Assembly (NCBI GenBank): GCA_964545735.1
Contig: CAZJGS010000001.1
Location: 3,726-67,725, forward strand
Direction: 5' to 3'
Source: an uncultured Spirochaetaceae bacterium
GTDB taxonomy: Bacteria; Spirochaetota; Spirochaetia; Sphaerochaetales; Sphaerochaetaceae
Length of the DNA: 64,000 nucleotides
A program made the translations under genes and the position numbers. Positions 27,553 to 38,221 of this stretch are shown here, one piece after another (the first letter of the stretch is position 1; each line of letters begins with the position of its first letter). The notes beneath the pieces were generated by a model. That model searched no databases, was not told the DNA's origin, and worked only from the letters and a program-made list of their open reading frames with translations.

Positions 27553-29038
27553 ATAAGTTAATTTTTACCCAATGCGGATAGTGATAACCGCTAAAGGCTT
27601 CAAATTGAAGCTTTCCTTGTTCAAGCAACATAGCTGAGCCATTTACTATATTACAACCCTTCTCTTGAGCCCTTTTTAATAATTTGGTATATTCTGGTTT
27701 GTAAACCAAATCATACACATAGCAAGATTTTGCAAACTCAAAATTTTCTAATAGGTCAGCATCTTCATTAGGACTCATTCCAACAATTGTTGTTTGAACA
27801 ATCAAATCTGTAGTTGCTTCGAGAGATTTTATATTTTCTAATTCAATATAATTACTCATAGTTTCACTTGCTAATAACTTTGCTTTAGATAAAGTTCTAT
27901 TTGCTATGGTTACTTTGACATGATGATTTTTGAGAGCCCATACTACAGCACGAGCGGCCCCTCCAGCGCCAATTATTAAAGCACTTTTAATTTCACCATC
28001 ATTAATAAATTTTTCTATTGGAGCTAAAAATCCATAATAGTCAGTGTTTGTTCCTTTCCACATTCCTTGAATTCTCGTTACGGTATTACAAGCCCCAATT
28101 TGTTGAACTTCTCGGGTAATTTTACCCAGATAAGGTAAAACATCTCTTTTATGCGGGACTGTAACTGAAAATCCATGAATTTTAATCAATTCAGCTAACT
28201 TAAAAAAAGTCCTAACTTTATCAACTAAAAAAGGTACATAAATTGCATTGTAATGAATTGCATCAAAACCTGGATTATGAATTTTAGGGGAAGATGTATG
28301 TAAAACAGGATTACCAATTATTCCATATACATTTGTTCTACTGTTAACTTGATCAGCTCTATATAATAATTTTAAACTTTTTGCAGATAATTGACCAGGT
28401 GCTATTTCATCTTCACTTGCAAAGCTTAGCATGGAGCCTACTCTCTTGTATAAAATTCGAGTACAAACACCATAGTCCCCCATTCCAATAATTATTTTCT
28501 CTTTAATATCTTTTAATTCTTCATTTATTCTAAAAAGAGTAACTACATCAACTATTGTATTTGGAGTAACAGCAATTTTTGGAATATCACCTTTTTTTGC
28601 TTGTTTAGTAATCAATGAAAATAAATTAGCAGGAACTTTCTCCATATCATGAAAGGATCTAATTATTTTTATTCCTTTTAGTTTTAATTCTGCTTCAAAA
28701 TCTAACCTGGGTGAATCTTCTTCACCTTTAATTTTTAAATCAGATTTTTTTACATCTTCTTCAATATCTACATATGAAAAATCACCTTGTAAAACTATAT
28801 CATGTAACTTTGTCATTCTCACTTTATCACTAAGGAGTGATTTTCCACCATCACATACCCGTCTAAAGGTTGCAATTGTAGGTAAAGCACATAAACGAGG
28901 AAAAATTTGAGCACTTACCAATTCACCTTCTTCAAGCAAATCTAATCGCAATTCAACCATATCAATATAAGGTTTATTTCTTTCAACTTGTTTTAGGGCA
29001 CTTGTTAATGTTGTTTCTGTTGTTGTAAGGCAAATCAA
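27551..29038 (-). CDS. aroDE: Bifunctional 3-dehydroquinate dehydratase (type I) / shikimate 5-dehydrogenase
   Basis: The N-terminal half has the type I DHQase motif (VELRLDLL, SFHD). The C-terminal half has the AroE motif (GIIGNPVLHTSSPKIHN, GAGGAARA). TTG start with a GGAGGA RBS. Confidence 0.85.
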   Translation of the reverse strand: MICLTTTETTLTSALKQVERNKPYIDMVELRLDLLEEGELVSAQIFPRLCALPTIATFRRVCDGGKSLLSDKVRMTKLHDIVLQGDFSYVDIEEDVKKSDLKIKGEEDSPRLDFEAELKLKGIKIIRSFHDMEKVPANLFSLITKQAKKGDIPKIAVTPNTIVDVVTLFRINEELKDIKEKIIIGMGDYGVCTRILYKRVGSMLSFASEDEIAPGQLSAKSLKLLYRADQVNSRTNVYGIIGNPVLHTSSPKIHNPGFDAIHYNAIYVPFLVDKVRTFFKLAELIKIHGFSVTVPHKRDVLPYLGKITREVQQIGACNTVTRIQGMWKGTNTDYYGFLAPIEKFINDGEIKSALIIGAGGAARAVVWALKNHHVKVTIANRTLSKAKLLASETMSNYIELENIKSLEATTDLIVQTTIVGMSPNEDADLLENFEFAKSCYVYDLVYKPEYTKLLKRAQEKGCNIVNGSAMLLEQGKLQFEAFSGYHYPHWVKINL

Positions 29039-29136
29039 TTGGGCCTTCCTCCTGTTGTCATAAAAAACGACTATATGATAAACTCTATAATAACTGTAAT
29101 AACATTACTTAGCAACACAAATACTGGAGAAAAATA

Positions 29137-31068
29137 ATGGGAACGCTTCAAGTTCAAAATATAAATTTAGCTTTTTCTGATAGAGACATATTATCAAATG
29201 TAAACTTCACCTTAAATGAAAAGTCGAGGTGTGCCTTAACCGGAGGCAACGGTAGCGGTAAAAGTACACTGTTTAAAGTAATTAACAGCGACTTACATGC
29301 AGATAGTATTAATATTTCCAAAACCAAAGGACTAAGAATATCTTATTTACCTCAAAGTGATATTGTTTTTGAAACGGATACATTGGTGGAGGAAGTTGAA
29401 AAAAGCTATCATAGATTTTATTCAATATTAAAAAATAAAAAAATTCTTGAAGAAAGATTGGAAAAAAGTAGTGAAAATGAAAACTTAGAGCCACTTCTGT
29501 TCTCTTTACACGAAATTCAGGAGCAATTATTAGAAGGTGGCTATTTTGATAGAAAAATCACCATTGAAAAAATACTATTAGGTTTGGGCTTTAGTACTAG
29601 TGATTTTGAAAGAACTTGTAATGAATTTTCTGGTGGCTGGCAAATGAGAATTGCTCTAGCTAAGGTTCTTTTAGAAAAACCCGATATTATGCTTCTTGAC
29701 GAACCAACTAACTATTTAGATATTGAAGCAAGAATTTGGCTAAAAAACTATTTAAGAGCTTATAAAGGTGGCTTAATGCTAGTAAGTCATGATCAGGGCT
29801 TTTTAGATGAAACTATTAATGAAGTTTATGAATTATTTAATGCAAAGATCACCCACTACAGTGGTAATTACTCCTCTTATCTTAAGCAAAGAGATATAGA
29901 AATAGCCCAAAAAGAAAAATTACTAGAAAGACAATTAGCCCATATAGAAAAAACTGAGCAATTTGTTGAAAGGTTTAGATACAAAGCTTCTAAATCTAAA
30001 CAAGTACAAAGCAGAATAAAACAAATAGAAAAAATTGATTTAATTGAAGTGCCCTCTCATTTAGAAAAATTGCACTTTACCTTTCCAAAAGCACCACATA
30101 GTGGAAATGATGTATTAAAAGTAAAATCCCTAACCAAATGTTATGGGGACATAGAAATATTTAAAGATTTAAACTTCTTGGTTTCAAAAAATGACAGGAT
30201 TGCTGTAACTGGTAGAAATGGTGAAGGTAAAAGTACACTATTAAGAATGCTATGCAATCGTGATAAAGAATTTAGCGGAGAAATTGTTGAAGGATCCAAT
30301 GTTGAAATAGGATATTTCGCACAAGATACAGAAAAAACTTTAAATGCTAACAACAGCGTATTTGAAGAATTAGAAACTGTATCAAATATTGATCAACTAC
30401 CTTTATTAAGAAATTATTTAGGTGCTTTCCTATTTAAAGGTGATGATGTATTTAAAAGTATTGGAGTATTGAGTGGAGGAGAAAGAAGCCGCTTAGCGCT
30501 GTTAAAAATACTTATGCACCCAGTTAACCTTTTAATACTGGATGAGCCCACAAACCACTTAGATATCAATGCAAAAGAAATGTTAATCAAAGCACTAAAC
30601 CATTATAATGGAACTATGATATTTGTTAGCCACGATACTTATTTTATTGAACATTTAGCAACCAGAATATTATACTTGAGTGAAGAAAAGCCAACGTTCT
30701 TTGAAGGTGATTATAATTATTTTAAATATAAACTGGAAGAAAAAGAAAAATATCAAGACGAACAAGAGATAGAAAATGATGATAAAATTGAGTCAAAAGG
30801 TTCTTTAAATTACAAAGCTCAACGAGAAAGAACAAATAAAATAAATAAACTAAACAAAGACAATCAAAAGATATTAGAAAAAAATGAAAAGATAACACAA
30901 TCCATAAAAAAACTTGAAGATCAAATGAGTAAAATAGAAATTTACTCCAATGCAGAAAAAATAAATAAAGTTATTGAAGGAAAAAGCATTTATCAAAATA
31001 AATTAGATAAGAATGAAGAATTGTGGCTACAAAATGAAGAAGAATTACTAGAATTATCGGATAATTAA
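29137..31068 (+). CDS. ABC-F family ATPase (ribosome-associated, no TM domains)
   Basis: Two NBDs (GGNGSGKST/FSGGWQMR/LLLDEPTN and GRNGEGKST/LSGGERSR/LILDEPTN) with an interdomain linker and a coiled-coil K/E-rich tail. Confidence 0.9.
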   Translation: MGTLQVQNINLAFSDRDILSNVNFTLNEKSRCALTGGNGSGKSTLFKVINSDLHADSINISKTKGLRISYLPQSDIVFETDTLVEEVEKSYHRFYSILKNKKILEERLEKSSENENLEPLLFSLHEIQEQLLEGGYFDRKITIEKILLGLGFSTSDFERTCNEFSGGWQMRIALAKVLLEKPDIMLLDEPTNYLDIEARIWLKNYLRAYKGGLMLVSHDQGFLDETINEVYELFNAKITHYSGNYSSYLKQRDIEIAQKEKLLERQLAHIEKTEQFVERFRYKASKSKQVQSRIKQIEKIDLIEVPSHLEKLHFTFPKAPHSGNDVLKVKSLTKCYGDIEIFKDLNFLVSKNDRIAVTGRNGEGKSTLLRMLCNRDKEFSGEIVEGSNVEIGYFAQDTEKTLNANNSVFEELETVSNIDQLPLLRNYLGAFLFKGDDVFKSIGVLSGGERSRLALLKILMHPVNLLILDEPTNHLDINAKEMLIKALNHYNGTMIFVSHDTYFIEHLATRILYLSEEKPTFFEGDYNYFKYKLEEKEKYQDEQEIENDDKIESKGSLNYKAQRERTNKINKLNKDNQKILEKNEKITQSIKKLEDQMSKIEIYSNAEKINKVIEGKSIYQNKLDKNEELWLQNEEELLELSDN

Positions 31069-31076
31069 GGAAAAAT

Positions 31077-31640
31077 ATGAAAAAGATTATTCTCGCATCC
31101 AACTCAAAAGCTAGATTAAAATTGCTACAAGATAGTGGATATGAAGTTGTTTCTCAAGCCACAGATATAGATGAAATATCTACTCTAAGTGAACCTCATG
31201 ATATAGTTGAGGATTTAGCATTACAAAAATTGAATGCTTATATAAAAAGCTTTGGAAAGCCAACCTCCTCAGTCGTCTTAGCCGCAGATACAATGATATT
31301 TTTTGAAAATAGATTAATTGGTAAGGCTAACACAGAAAAGGAAGCGTACAACACCTTAAAACTACTAAGTAATAGTTTACATCAAATATATTCATCCTAT
31401 GCCCTATATATTCCTGAGTTTGGAATAAAAAGTGGATATGATGTTGTTGATATAAATTTTAAAAGTTTATCTGATTTAACCATAATGACTTACCTAGCTT
31501 GTGGAGAGTGGAAAGGAGCTGCAGGCTCTTATAGAATTCAAGGAAAGGGAAAGGCTTTAATTGAGCGAATAAATGGCGAATTTAGCATCGCAGTGGGGTT
31601 GCCACTCAAGGCTATTTCTGCTTTAATTGAATTATCTTAA
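31077..31640 (+). CDS. maf: Maf-like nucleoside triphosphate pyrophosphatase
   Basis: IILASNS..R..LL, ADT and GAAGSYRIQG motifs. Confidence 0.88.
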   Translation: MKKIILASNSKARLKLLQDSGYEVVSQATDIDEISTLSEPHDIVEDLALQKLNAYIKSFGKPTSSVVLAADTMIFFENRLIGKANTEKEAYNTLKLLSNSLHQIYSSYALYIPEFGIKSGYDVVDINFKSLSDLTIMTYLACGEWKGAAGSYRIQGKGKALIERINGEFSIAVGLPLKAISALIELS

Positions 31641-31760
31641 TCATTTAATGATTAGGAAATTTCCGCCCCTTGCGGGTGAGATATATACGAAGGGTGACAA
31701 CCTTGCCAAAAACAAAGAGCGTTTAAGCATGTTTTGTTGTCAGATATAGGAGAGGATAAT

Positions 31761-32666
31761 ATGTCCGTAGTTACAATGAAAAGCCTATTAGAATCAGGCG
31801 TTCACTTTGGTCACCAGACCAAAAGATGGAATCCAAAAATGGCTCGTTACATTTTCTCACAGAGAAATGGAATTCACATCATCGACTTACAAAAGACTTC
31901 AACTTGCATTGTTGAAGCATATGAAGCTGCTCGTGCTATCGTAAAAGATGGCAAATCAATCCTATTTGTAGGAACTAAAAAGCAAGCTCAATTGGTTATT
32001 GAAACCGAAGCAAAACGTTGTGGTATGCATTATATCAACAATCGTTGGTTAGGTGGTATGTTAACCAACTTCACAACCATCAAAAAATCTATTGCAACTC
32101 TAAAAAGAATTGAAAAAATGGAAAAAGATGGAACTTTTGAATCATTGACAAAAAAAGAAGTTTCTTTATTAACAAAACAAAAAAACAAATTAGAAAAAAA
32201 CCTTGGTGGTATCAAAGATATGAAAGCCCTACCAGGTGCAATTTTTGTAATTGATACAAAAAAAGAAGCTATTGCTGTAACTGAAGCAAAAAAATTAGGT
32301 ATTCCTGTAATTGCTGTTGTAGATACAAACTGTGATCCAACAGATATTACTTATCCAATACCTGGTAACGATGATGCTATACGTGCTATTTCATTATTTG
32401 TTGAAATTATTGCAAGAGCCGTAATTGATGCTGACAATGAAGCAGGTAATTTACAAATCGTTGAAACTTTAGCAGATGAAGTTGTTGAAGAAGTTGCTGA
32501 AGAAAAAGAAAGTGTTGTTTTCTCTTCTGAAGACGAAAATGATCTTTCTAAATTCGAAGAAAAAAAAGAAGAACCTAAAGATAAAACTGAAGTTAAAACC
32601 CAAAATGACGGCGCAACAGTAGTCGCTGGAATTGAAGTAGACGACAAAACCCTTTATCAAGACTAA
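31761..32666 (+). CDS. rpsB: 30S ribosomal protein S2 with long acidic C-terminal extension
   Basis: [19 protein letters not shown] and the rest of the S2 core. Start trimmed to the ATG at 31761, after GGAGAGG. The tail is E/D/K-rich. Confidence 0.95.
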   Translation: MSVVTMKSLLESGVHFGHQTKRWNPKMARYIFSQRNGIHIIDLQKTSTCIVEAYEAARAIVKDGKSILFVGTKKQAQLVIETEAKRCGMHYINNRWLGGMLTNFTTIKKSIATLKRIEKMEKDGTFESLTKKEVSLLTKQKNKLEKNLGGIKDMKALPGAIFVIDTKKEAIAVTEAKKLGIPVIAVVDTNCDPTDITYPIPGNDDAIRAISLFVEIIARAVIDADNEAGNLQIVETLADEVVEEVAEEKESVVFSSEDENDLSKFEEKKEEPKDKTEVKTQNDGATVVAGIEVDDKTLYQD

Positions 32667-32676
32667 GGAGATAACT

Positions 32677-33513
32677 ATGGAAATTAAAGCTGCTACAGTT
32701 AAAAAATTACGTGATAATACAGGTGCAGGTATGATGGATTGCAAAAAAGCTTTGGTTAAAGCTGAAGGCGATTTTGATGTTGCAACTAAACTTTTACAAG
32801 AAATGGGGCTTGCTGCTGTTGCAAAAAGAGCCGATCGTGCAACTGAAAATGGCCGTATCTTTACTAAAATTACAAAAGAGAAAGCTGTATTAGTTGAGAT
32901 CTCTTGTGAAACAGACTTTGTTGCAAAAAATGAAGACTTTAAAAAACTTGGTGAAGAAATGTGCGATGTAATTATCGCTAAAAATTATTTTCAAATCAAT
33001 GATGAATTAAATTCAATGCTTGTGGGTTTAATTGCAACAATTAAAGAAAACATGGCTCTAAAAAATGTTTTAGTATTTGACTTAAGTGATAGTGAATTTG
33101 CAACAACTTATATTCATGGTGCTGGTGAAAAAGGTGTTTTAGTAGAATTTAAAGCAGATAGTGCCAAAGCATTTGAAAATGAAGCTGTTAGTGATTTCTG
33201 CAGTGATTGTGCATTACATGTTGCTGCATTTACTCCACAATTTCTAAATTCATCTTCTGTTGATCCTAAACAGGTAGCAGATTTAAAAGAAATCTTTACT
33301 AAACAAGCATTAGCAATGGGCAAACCTGAAAAAATTGTTCCAAATATTGTTAAAGGTATGGTAGCAAAACACTTTAAGGAAATTTGTTTCTTAGATCAAG
33401 CTTTTGTTAAAGATGATAAACTATCAGTATCTCAAAAAATGAAAGAAGTAGCAAAATCTGCTGGTTGCAACTTAGAAATCACTGGATTTCAAATGTACTC
33501 AACAGGCGCATAA
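32677..33513 (+). CDS. tsf: Translation elongation factor Ts
   Basis: VKKLRDNTGAGMMDCKKAL UBA-like N-terminus and SCETDFVAKNEDF motif. Confidence 0.95.
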   Translation: MEIKAATVKKLRDNTGAGMMDCKKALVKAEGDFDVATKLLQEMGLAAVAKRADRATENGRIFTKITKEKAVLVEISCETDFVAKNEDFKKLGEEMCDVIIAKNYFQINDELNSMLVGLIATIKENMALKNVLVFDLSDSEFATTYIHGAGEKGVLVEFKADSAKAFENEAVSDFCSDCALHVAAFTPQFLNSSSVDPKQVADLKEIFTKQALAMGKPEKIVPNIVKGMVAKHFKEICFLDQAFVKDDKLSVSQKMKEVAKSAGCNLEITGFQMYSTGA

Positions 33514-33578
33514 TTAGCTAATTTATAAATTGCTCACTAGCTATTTCTAGTGAGCTTATTCATATTTGGAGAAATAAA

Positions 33579-34133
33579 ATGGATACAGTATTAAAAACAT
33601 TAGAAAGTAAAATGAAAAAGTCTATTCAGGCTCTTGAAGCTGAATACCAAGCACTAAGAACTGGTCGTGCAAATGCGGCTTTATTTAATAATATTCAAGT
33701 TGAATATTACGGAGCACAAACTCCCCTTTCTCAAGTTGGTTCAATTTCAGTTCCTGAAGCAAGAATGGTTGTTATCCAACCTTGGGACAAAACAGTTCTC
33801 CCAGCAATTGAAAAAGCAATTTTAAAAAGTGAATTAGGATTAACTCCTAGTAATGATGGTAAATTAATAAGAATTAGTTTCCCAGCATTAACAGCAGATA
33901 GACGAAAAGATTTAGCAAAGAATGCTAAACAAACTGCAGAAAAGTACAAAGTTGGTCTTAGAAACCTACGTCGTGAAGCTATTGATGAATTAAAAGCTTT
34001 AGAAAAAGATAGCTTACTTAGTGAAGATGATTTAAAAATAGGCGAAACTAAAGTTCAAAAAATTACTGATACTTATGTTGCAAATATAGTTGATGTTGCT
34101 GTTGCTAAAGAAAAAGAAATTATGGAGATATAA
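33579..34133 (+). CDS. frr: Ribosome recycling factor
   Basis: LRTGRANAALF, V.YYG..TPL and LTADRRKDL signatures. Confidence 0.95.
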   Translation: MDTVLKTLESKMKKSIQALEAEYQALRTGRANAALFNNIQVEYYGAQTPLSQVGSISVPEARMVVIQPWDKTVLPAIEKAILKSELGLTPSNDGKLIRISFPALTADRRKDLAKNAKQTAEKYKVGLRNLRREAIDELKALEKDSLLSEDDLKIGETKVQKITDTYVANIVDVAVAKEKEIMEI

Positions 34134-34828
34134 TGGATACAAAAGAATTAACCCACTTAGCTATAATTATGGATGGCAACGGCAGATGGGCCAAAGCAAA
34201 AAATTTACCTAGAACGGCAGGTCATCTAGCAGGATTAAAAGCCTTAAAACAAGTGATTTTAGCTAGTAAAAAAAGTGGTGTTAAATTTTTATCCTTATAT
34301 GCTTTTTCTACAGAAAATTGGAGGCGGCCAGATTCAGAGGTTAATTATCTTATGAATCTAATAGCCTCCAAATTAACTACAGAAATAAAATTTTTTGAAA
34401 AAGAAAATATTAGAATACTAGTTAGAGGTAATAAATCTATGTTACCACTTTCAGCACAAACCGCTATTGAAAGAATTGAAAAGATAACAAAAGAAAATTC
34501 TGATATTACCATAATTTTATGCATAAATTATGGTGGACATGATGAAATTGTTACAAGTGTTAACTCAATTATTAAACAAAATCCATCTACTGTAGTTACA
34601 GCTGAATTATTAAGATTACATATGCAATTTAGTGACATTGTACCTTCTGTAGATATGATTGTACGAAGTGCTGGAGAAAAAAGGCTAAGTAACTTCTTAC
34701 TTTGGGAAAGTGCTTATGCTGAGTTAGGTTTTTACGATGAATTATTCCCAAATTGGAATGAGTCTACTATCAATCAAATTTTAGATGATTACAAATCTAG
34801 AATAAGAAAATTTGGAGGAATGGCTTAA
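34133..34828 (+). CDS. uppS: Undecaprenyl diphosphate synthase (cis-prenyltransferase)
   Basis: HLAIIMDGNGRWA, FSTENW.RP and RLSNFLLWESAYAE signatures. TAATG overlap with frr. Confidence 0.94.
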   Translation: MDTKELTHLAIIMDGNGRWAKAKNLPRTAGHLAGLKALKQVILASKKSGVKFLSLYAFSTENWRRPDSEVNYLMNLIASKLTTEIKFFEKENIRILVRGNKSMLPLSAQTAIERIEKITKENSDITIILCINYGGHDEIVTSVNSIIKQNPSTVVTAELLRLHMQFSDIVPSVDMIVRSAGEKRLSNFLLWESAYAELGFYDELFPNWNESTINQILDDYKSRIRKFGGMA

Positions 34829-35667
34829 TGTCTTCATTTAAACATCGTTTAGTTACTACTTTAATTGGTGTACCTTTATTATTAACCGTTATATTTTTAT
34901 TACCTCAGTTTGAACATTTAGCTTTTGCTATTGTTGCAACTGTATTTACACTTCTTGGTAGTAAAGAAATATATAGAATAATTAAATTAAAATTAAAAGT
35001 TACTCCAAATATTCCTTTTTATTTTTGTGGATTACTTCCTATAAGCGCTTGGGTAAGCTCTGTTACTGAATTTAGTAATTTAGTTGAACTTACATTGATA
35101 TTTTTACTAATAATATCTTTTACAGTTGAAATTTTTGCAGGAGCCAAACAAGAAAAACCTTATGAAGATTCAATTAAACTAATTGTTGCAGATAGCTTTT
35201 CACTTCTTTATCCCGCATATTTGATTTCATTTATCATCAAAGTAAATGACTTCCCACAAGTTTCAGCTCTTTATGGACTGTTTTTCATTTGCGTTTTTTC
35301 AAATGATATATTTGCTTATATTTTTGGAATGCTATTTGGTAAAAGTACTAGAGGCTTAATAAAAGCTAGTCCAAATAAAAGTATAGTAGGTTTTAGTGGT
35401 GGTATTCTCTCTTGTACAGCAATTAGTGTTGGCACTGTTTTACTTTTACAATTACCTTTAACTATTGTCGAATCAATTATTATTGGTTTAGCCTTAGCTT
35501 TTAGTGCAACTATTGGTGATTTAATAGAATCTGTTATTAAAAGAAGTGCTAAAGTAAAAGACAGTGGTACTTTAACACCAGGAAGAGGTGGAGCCTTAGA
35601 CAACTTAGATTCATTAATTACTAGTGCACCATTATTCTATCTTCTTTTACAAATTTTCATTAAATAA
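34828..35667 (+). CDS. cdsA: Phosphatidate cytidylyltransferase
   Basis: Multi-TM protein with the C-terminal CTP-transferase signature SATIGDLIESVIKRSAKVKDSG..PGRGGALD..DS. Confidence 0.9.
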   Translation: MSSFKHRLVTTLIGVPLLLTVIFLLPQFEHLAFAIVATVFTLLGSKEIYRIIKLKLKVTPNIPFYFCGLLPISAWVSSVTEFSNLVELTLIFLLIISFTVEIFAGAKQEKPYEDSIKLIVADSFSLLYPAYLISFIIKVNDFPQVSALYGLFFICVFSNDIFAYIFGMLFGKSTRGLIKASPNKSIVGFSGGILSCTAISVGTVLLLQLPLTIVESIIIGLALAFSATIGDLIESVIKRSAKVKDSGTLTPGRGGALDNLDSLITSAPLFYLLLQIFIK

Positions 35668-35680
35668 AGATTAAAAGATT

Positions 35681-36793
35681 ATGAAAAAAGTTATAATTTT
35701 CGGAGCTACAGGAAGTATTGGCAGCACATGCTTAGCTGCTATTAAAAATAAACAATTACCCATTGATGTTGTAGCAATGAGTGCAAATTCTAACTTCGAA
35801 AAACTTGAAAATATTGCTATATCTTTTAATATAAAAAATTTAATACTTACAAACTCTAAACACACCAATTCAGATTTTAATTATTTTTCTAATATTTCTC
35901 ATTTATTAGATCAAATAAAATGTGATGTAATACTAAATGGTGTAGCGGGGTTTGATGGATTAAAAATTACCATAGAAGCTTTAAACCATGGTATTGATGT
36001 AGCACTAGCGAATAAAGAATCAGTTGTTGCAGGTGGAGCTTTTATTTTTGAGCTTGCTAAAAAAAATAATTGTCAAATTATACCAGTCGATAGTGAACAC
36101 TCCGCAATAAAGGCTTTAATTGATGCCCATCATAGAGAAAATGTAAAATCATTAATTATTACAGCAAGTGGCGGTCCCTTTAGACAATTGGTCAAAAGTG
36201 AATTTAAAAATATAACTGTTGCTAAAGCATTAAATCACCCTACTTGGAAAATGGGTAAAAAAATTACAATAGATAGTTCAACCCTAGCAAATAAAGCATT
36301 AGAGGTTATTGAAGCCTCTTATTTGTTTGATTTTGCTCCAAAAGATATTGAAGTTAGTATTCACCCACAAAGTATCGTTCACTCTATGGTACGCTTATTT
36401 GATGGTTCTATTTACTCGCAAATGGGTACACCTAATATGAGCTTACCAATAATAGAAGGTATTTTTAATGAATATTCTAAAATTGAATTAGTTAAACCCT
36501 TAGATTTTTCATCTCTATCTTTAACTTTCGAAAACCCAGATTATGAGAAATTTCCTTTATTAAAATTAGCTTATGATATTTTAGAAATAAAACAAGGTTA
36601 TCCAATTGCCTTTAATGCAGCTAATGAAGAAGCAGTCTACGCTTTTTTAGCAGAAAAAATTTCTTATTTACAACTTCAAGATATAGTAATTAGAACTTTA
36701 GAAAGTGATTTCGATAATAACATTACTTGTTTTGAGGATATATTAGAAATTGATCAGAGAGCTAGAGTAATTGCAAAAAGTTATATTTCTTAA
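35681..36793 (+). CDS. dxr: 1-deoxy-D-xylulose 5-phosphate reductoisomerase
   Basis: GATGSIGSTCL, LANKESVV, PVDSEHSA, ASGGPF, HPTWKMGKKITIDS and ANEEAV signatures. Confidence 0.94.
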   Translation: MKKVIIFGATGSIGSTCLAAIKNKQLPIDVVAMSANSNFEKLENIAISFNIKNLILTNSKHTNSDFNYFSNISHLLDQIKCDVILNGVAGFDGLKITIEALNHGIDVALANKESVVAGGAFIFELAKKNNCQIIPVDSEHSAIKALIDAHHRENVKSLIITASGGPFRQLVKSEFKNITVAKALNHPTWKMGKKITIDSSTLANKALEVIEASYLFDFAPKDIEVSIHPQSIVHSMVRLFDGSIYSQMGTPNMSLPIIEGIFNEYSKIELVKPLDFSSLSLTFENPDYEKFPLLKLAYDILEIKQGYPIAFNAANEEAVYAFLAEKISYLQLQDIVIRTLESDFDNNITCFEDILEIDQRARVIAKSYIS

Positions 36794-36829
36794 TCTGTTG
36801 ATATTTCAAATTTTAAGGTATAATCAACT

Positions 36830-38221
36830 ATGGAACAAGTAATATCAATATTATTAAAATATGCAGTAGGCGTAATGGGTGTAGGATTTGTAGTTCTTCT
36901 ACATGAACTAGGTCATTTCATTGCAGCTCATATGTTCAAAATTGAGGTTGAAATTTTTTCTGTTGGCTTTGGCCCAAAAATGTTCGCTAAAAAAATTGGT
37001 TACACTGAATATAGAATATCTTGGTTCCTGTTTGGTGGATATTGTAGAATGAAAGGCTCAGATGATTTAACAAGAGCCTTAGACTCTAATAGCAAAGCCT
37101 TTATCCATGTTGAAAATGGTTCATTATTTTCAGTCAAACCTATTTACAAACTACTAACCTATGGTGCAGGTCCTTTAACAAATTTTTTAATTACAATTTT
37201 TTTATGTACCGCATTATTGGCAACCAATCATCAAACACTCTCCTCCCCATCTATTGTTTCACCAGTTGATAATTACCCAACCTTATTCAATGCTACCACT
37301 AGTAGTGCTACTGAGAGTGGTATTCAAATTAATGATAAAATAATAAAACTAAACAATATTGAAATAAAGGATTGGCAAGAATTTGTATTTTTTTTAAATG
37401 AAAATTCTGAATCTTCAATTTCTCTACTCATTGAGAGAGAAAATAAAGAACTTAATATTAATGTAGAAGGTACCTTAAAAAAGAATGGATCTTATAAATT
37501 TGGATTAACTAATATAATTGAACCAAATATTTCAACAGTTCGTTTTTTAAGTCCGGAAAACAAAGCTGGGTTAAAAAAAGGTGATCTCATTTTAAAAGTT
37601 AATGATTATAAAATTAATAATAATTTAGATATACTAACATATTTTAATAAAGAAAATCCTAAGACAATTGATTTAACAATCCTCAGAGATGAAAAAACCA
37701 AGACAATATCCTATACCCCTAGTTATAATAGAGATGGATCAATTAAGCATAATTTCTCACTGTATTCTCCAACTAAGACTATTGACGGATTGAACTTCAC
37801 TTCTGCTTTAGAAAGTGGATATTCCATGGCTACAACATTATTTAGTAATACAATTACAAGTTTAATTAATATAGTTAGAGGTCAAGATGATGACGTTAGA
37901 CAAGTCTTAACTGGTCCTGTTAGAGCATCACTTATGATAGGGAACATTACTATACTTGGTTTAGAAAATAGTTTAGCGAGTGGATTTAGAGCTTTTTGTT
38001 ACTTGCTAGCTGTAGTTTCTATTTCATTAACAATAGCAAATTTATTACCTCTTCCTGCTTTTGATGGAGGTCAAATGGTAATAGCCTTTTTTGAAATCAT
38101 TACTAGAACAAGAATATCTCCTAAACATTATTGGATTTGTCAATTGATAGGAATGGTAAGTGTTTTAATAATATTTTCATTTATGTATTTTATAGATATA
38201 AGATACTTTTTTAATTTCTAA
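36830..38221 (+). CDS. rseP: RIP site-2 metalloprotease RseP/YluC family
   Basis: HELGHF zinc motif in TM1, central PDZ domains, and the C-terminal NLLPLPAFDGG motif. Confidence 0.9.
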   Translation: MEQVISILLKYAVGVMGVGFVVLLHELGHFIAAHMFKIEVEIFSVGFGPKMFAKKIGYTEYRISWFLFGGYCRMKGSDDLTRALDSNSKAFIHVENGSLFSVKPIYKLLTYGAGPLTNFLITIFLCTALLATNHQTLSSPSIVSPVDNYPTLFNATTSSATESGIQINDKIIKLNNIEIKDWQEFVFFLNENSESSISLLIERENKELNINVEGTLKKNGSYKFGLTNIIEPNISTVRFLSPENKAGLKKGDLILKVNDYKINNNLDILTYFNKENPKTIDLTILRDEKTKTISYTPSYNRDGSIKHNFSLYSPTKTIDGLNFTSALESGYSMATTLFSNTITSLINIVRGQDDDVRQVLTGPVRASLMIGNITILGLENSLASGFRAFCYLLAVVSISLTIANLLPLPAFDGGQMVIAFFEIITRTRISPKHYWICQLIGMVSVLIIFSFMYFIDIRYFFNF

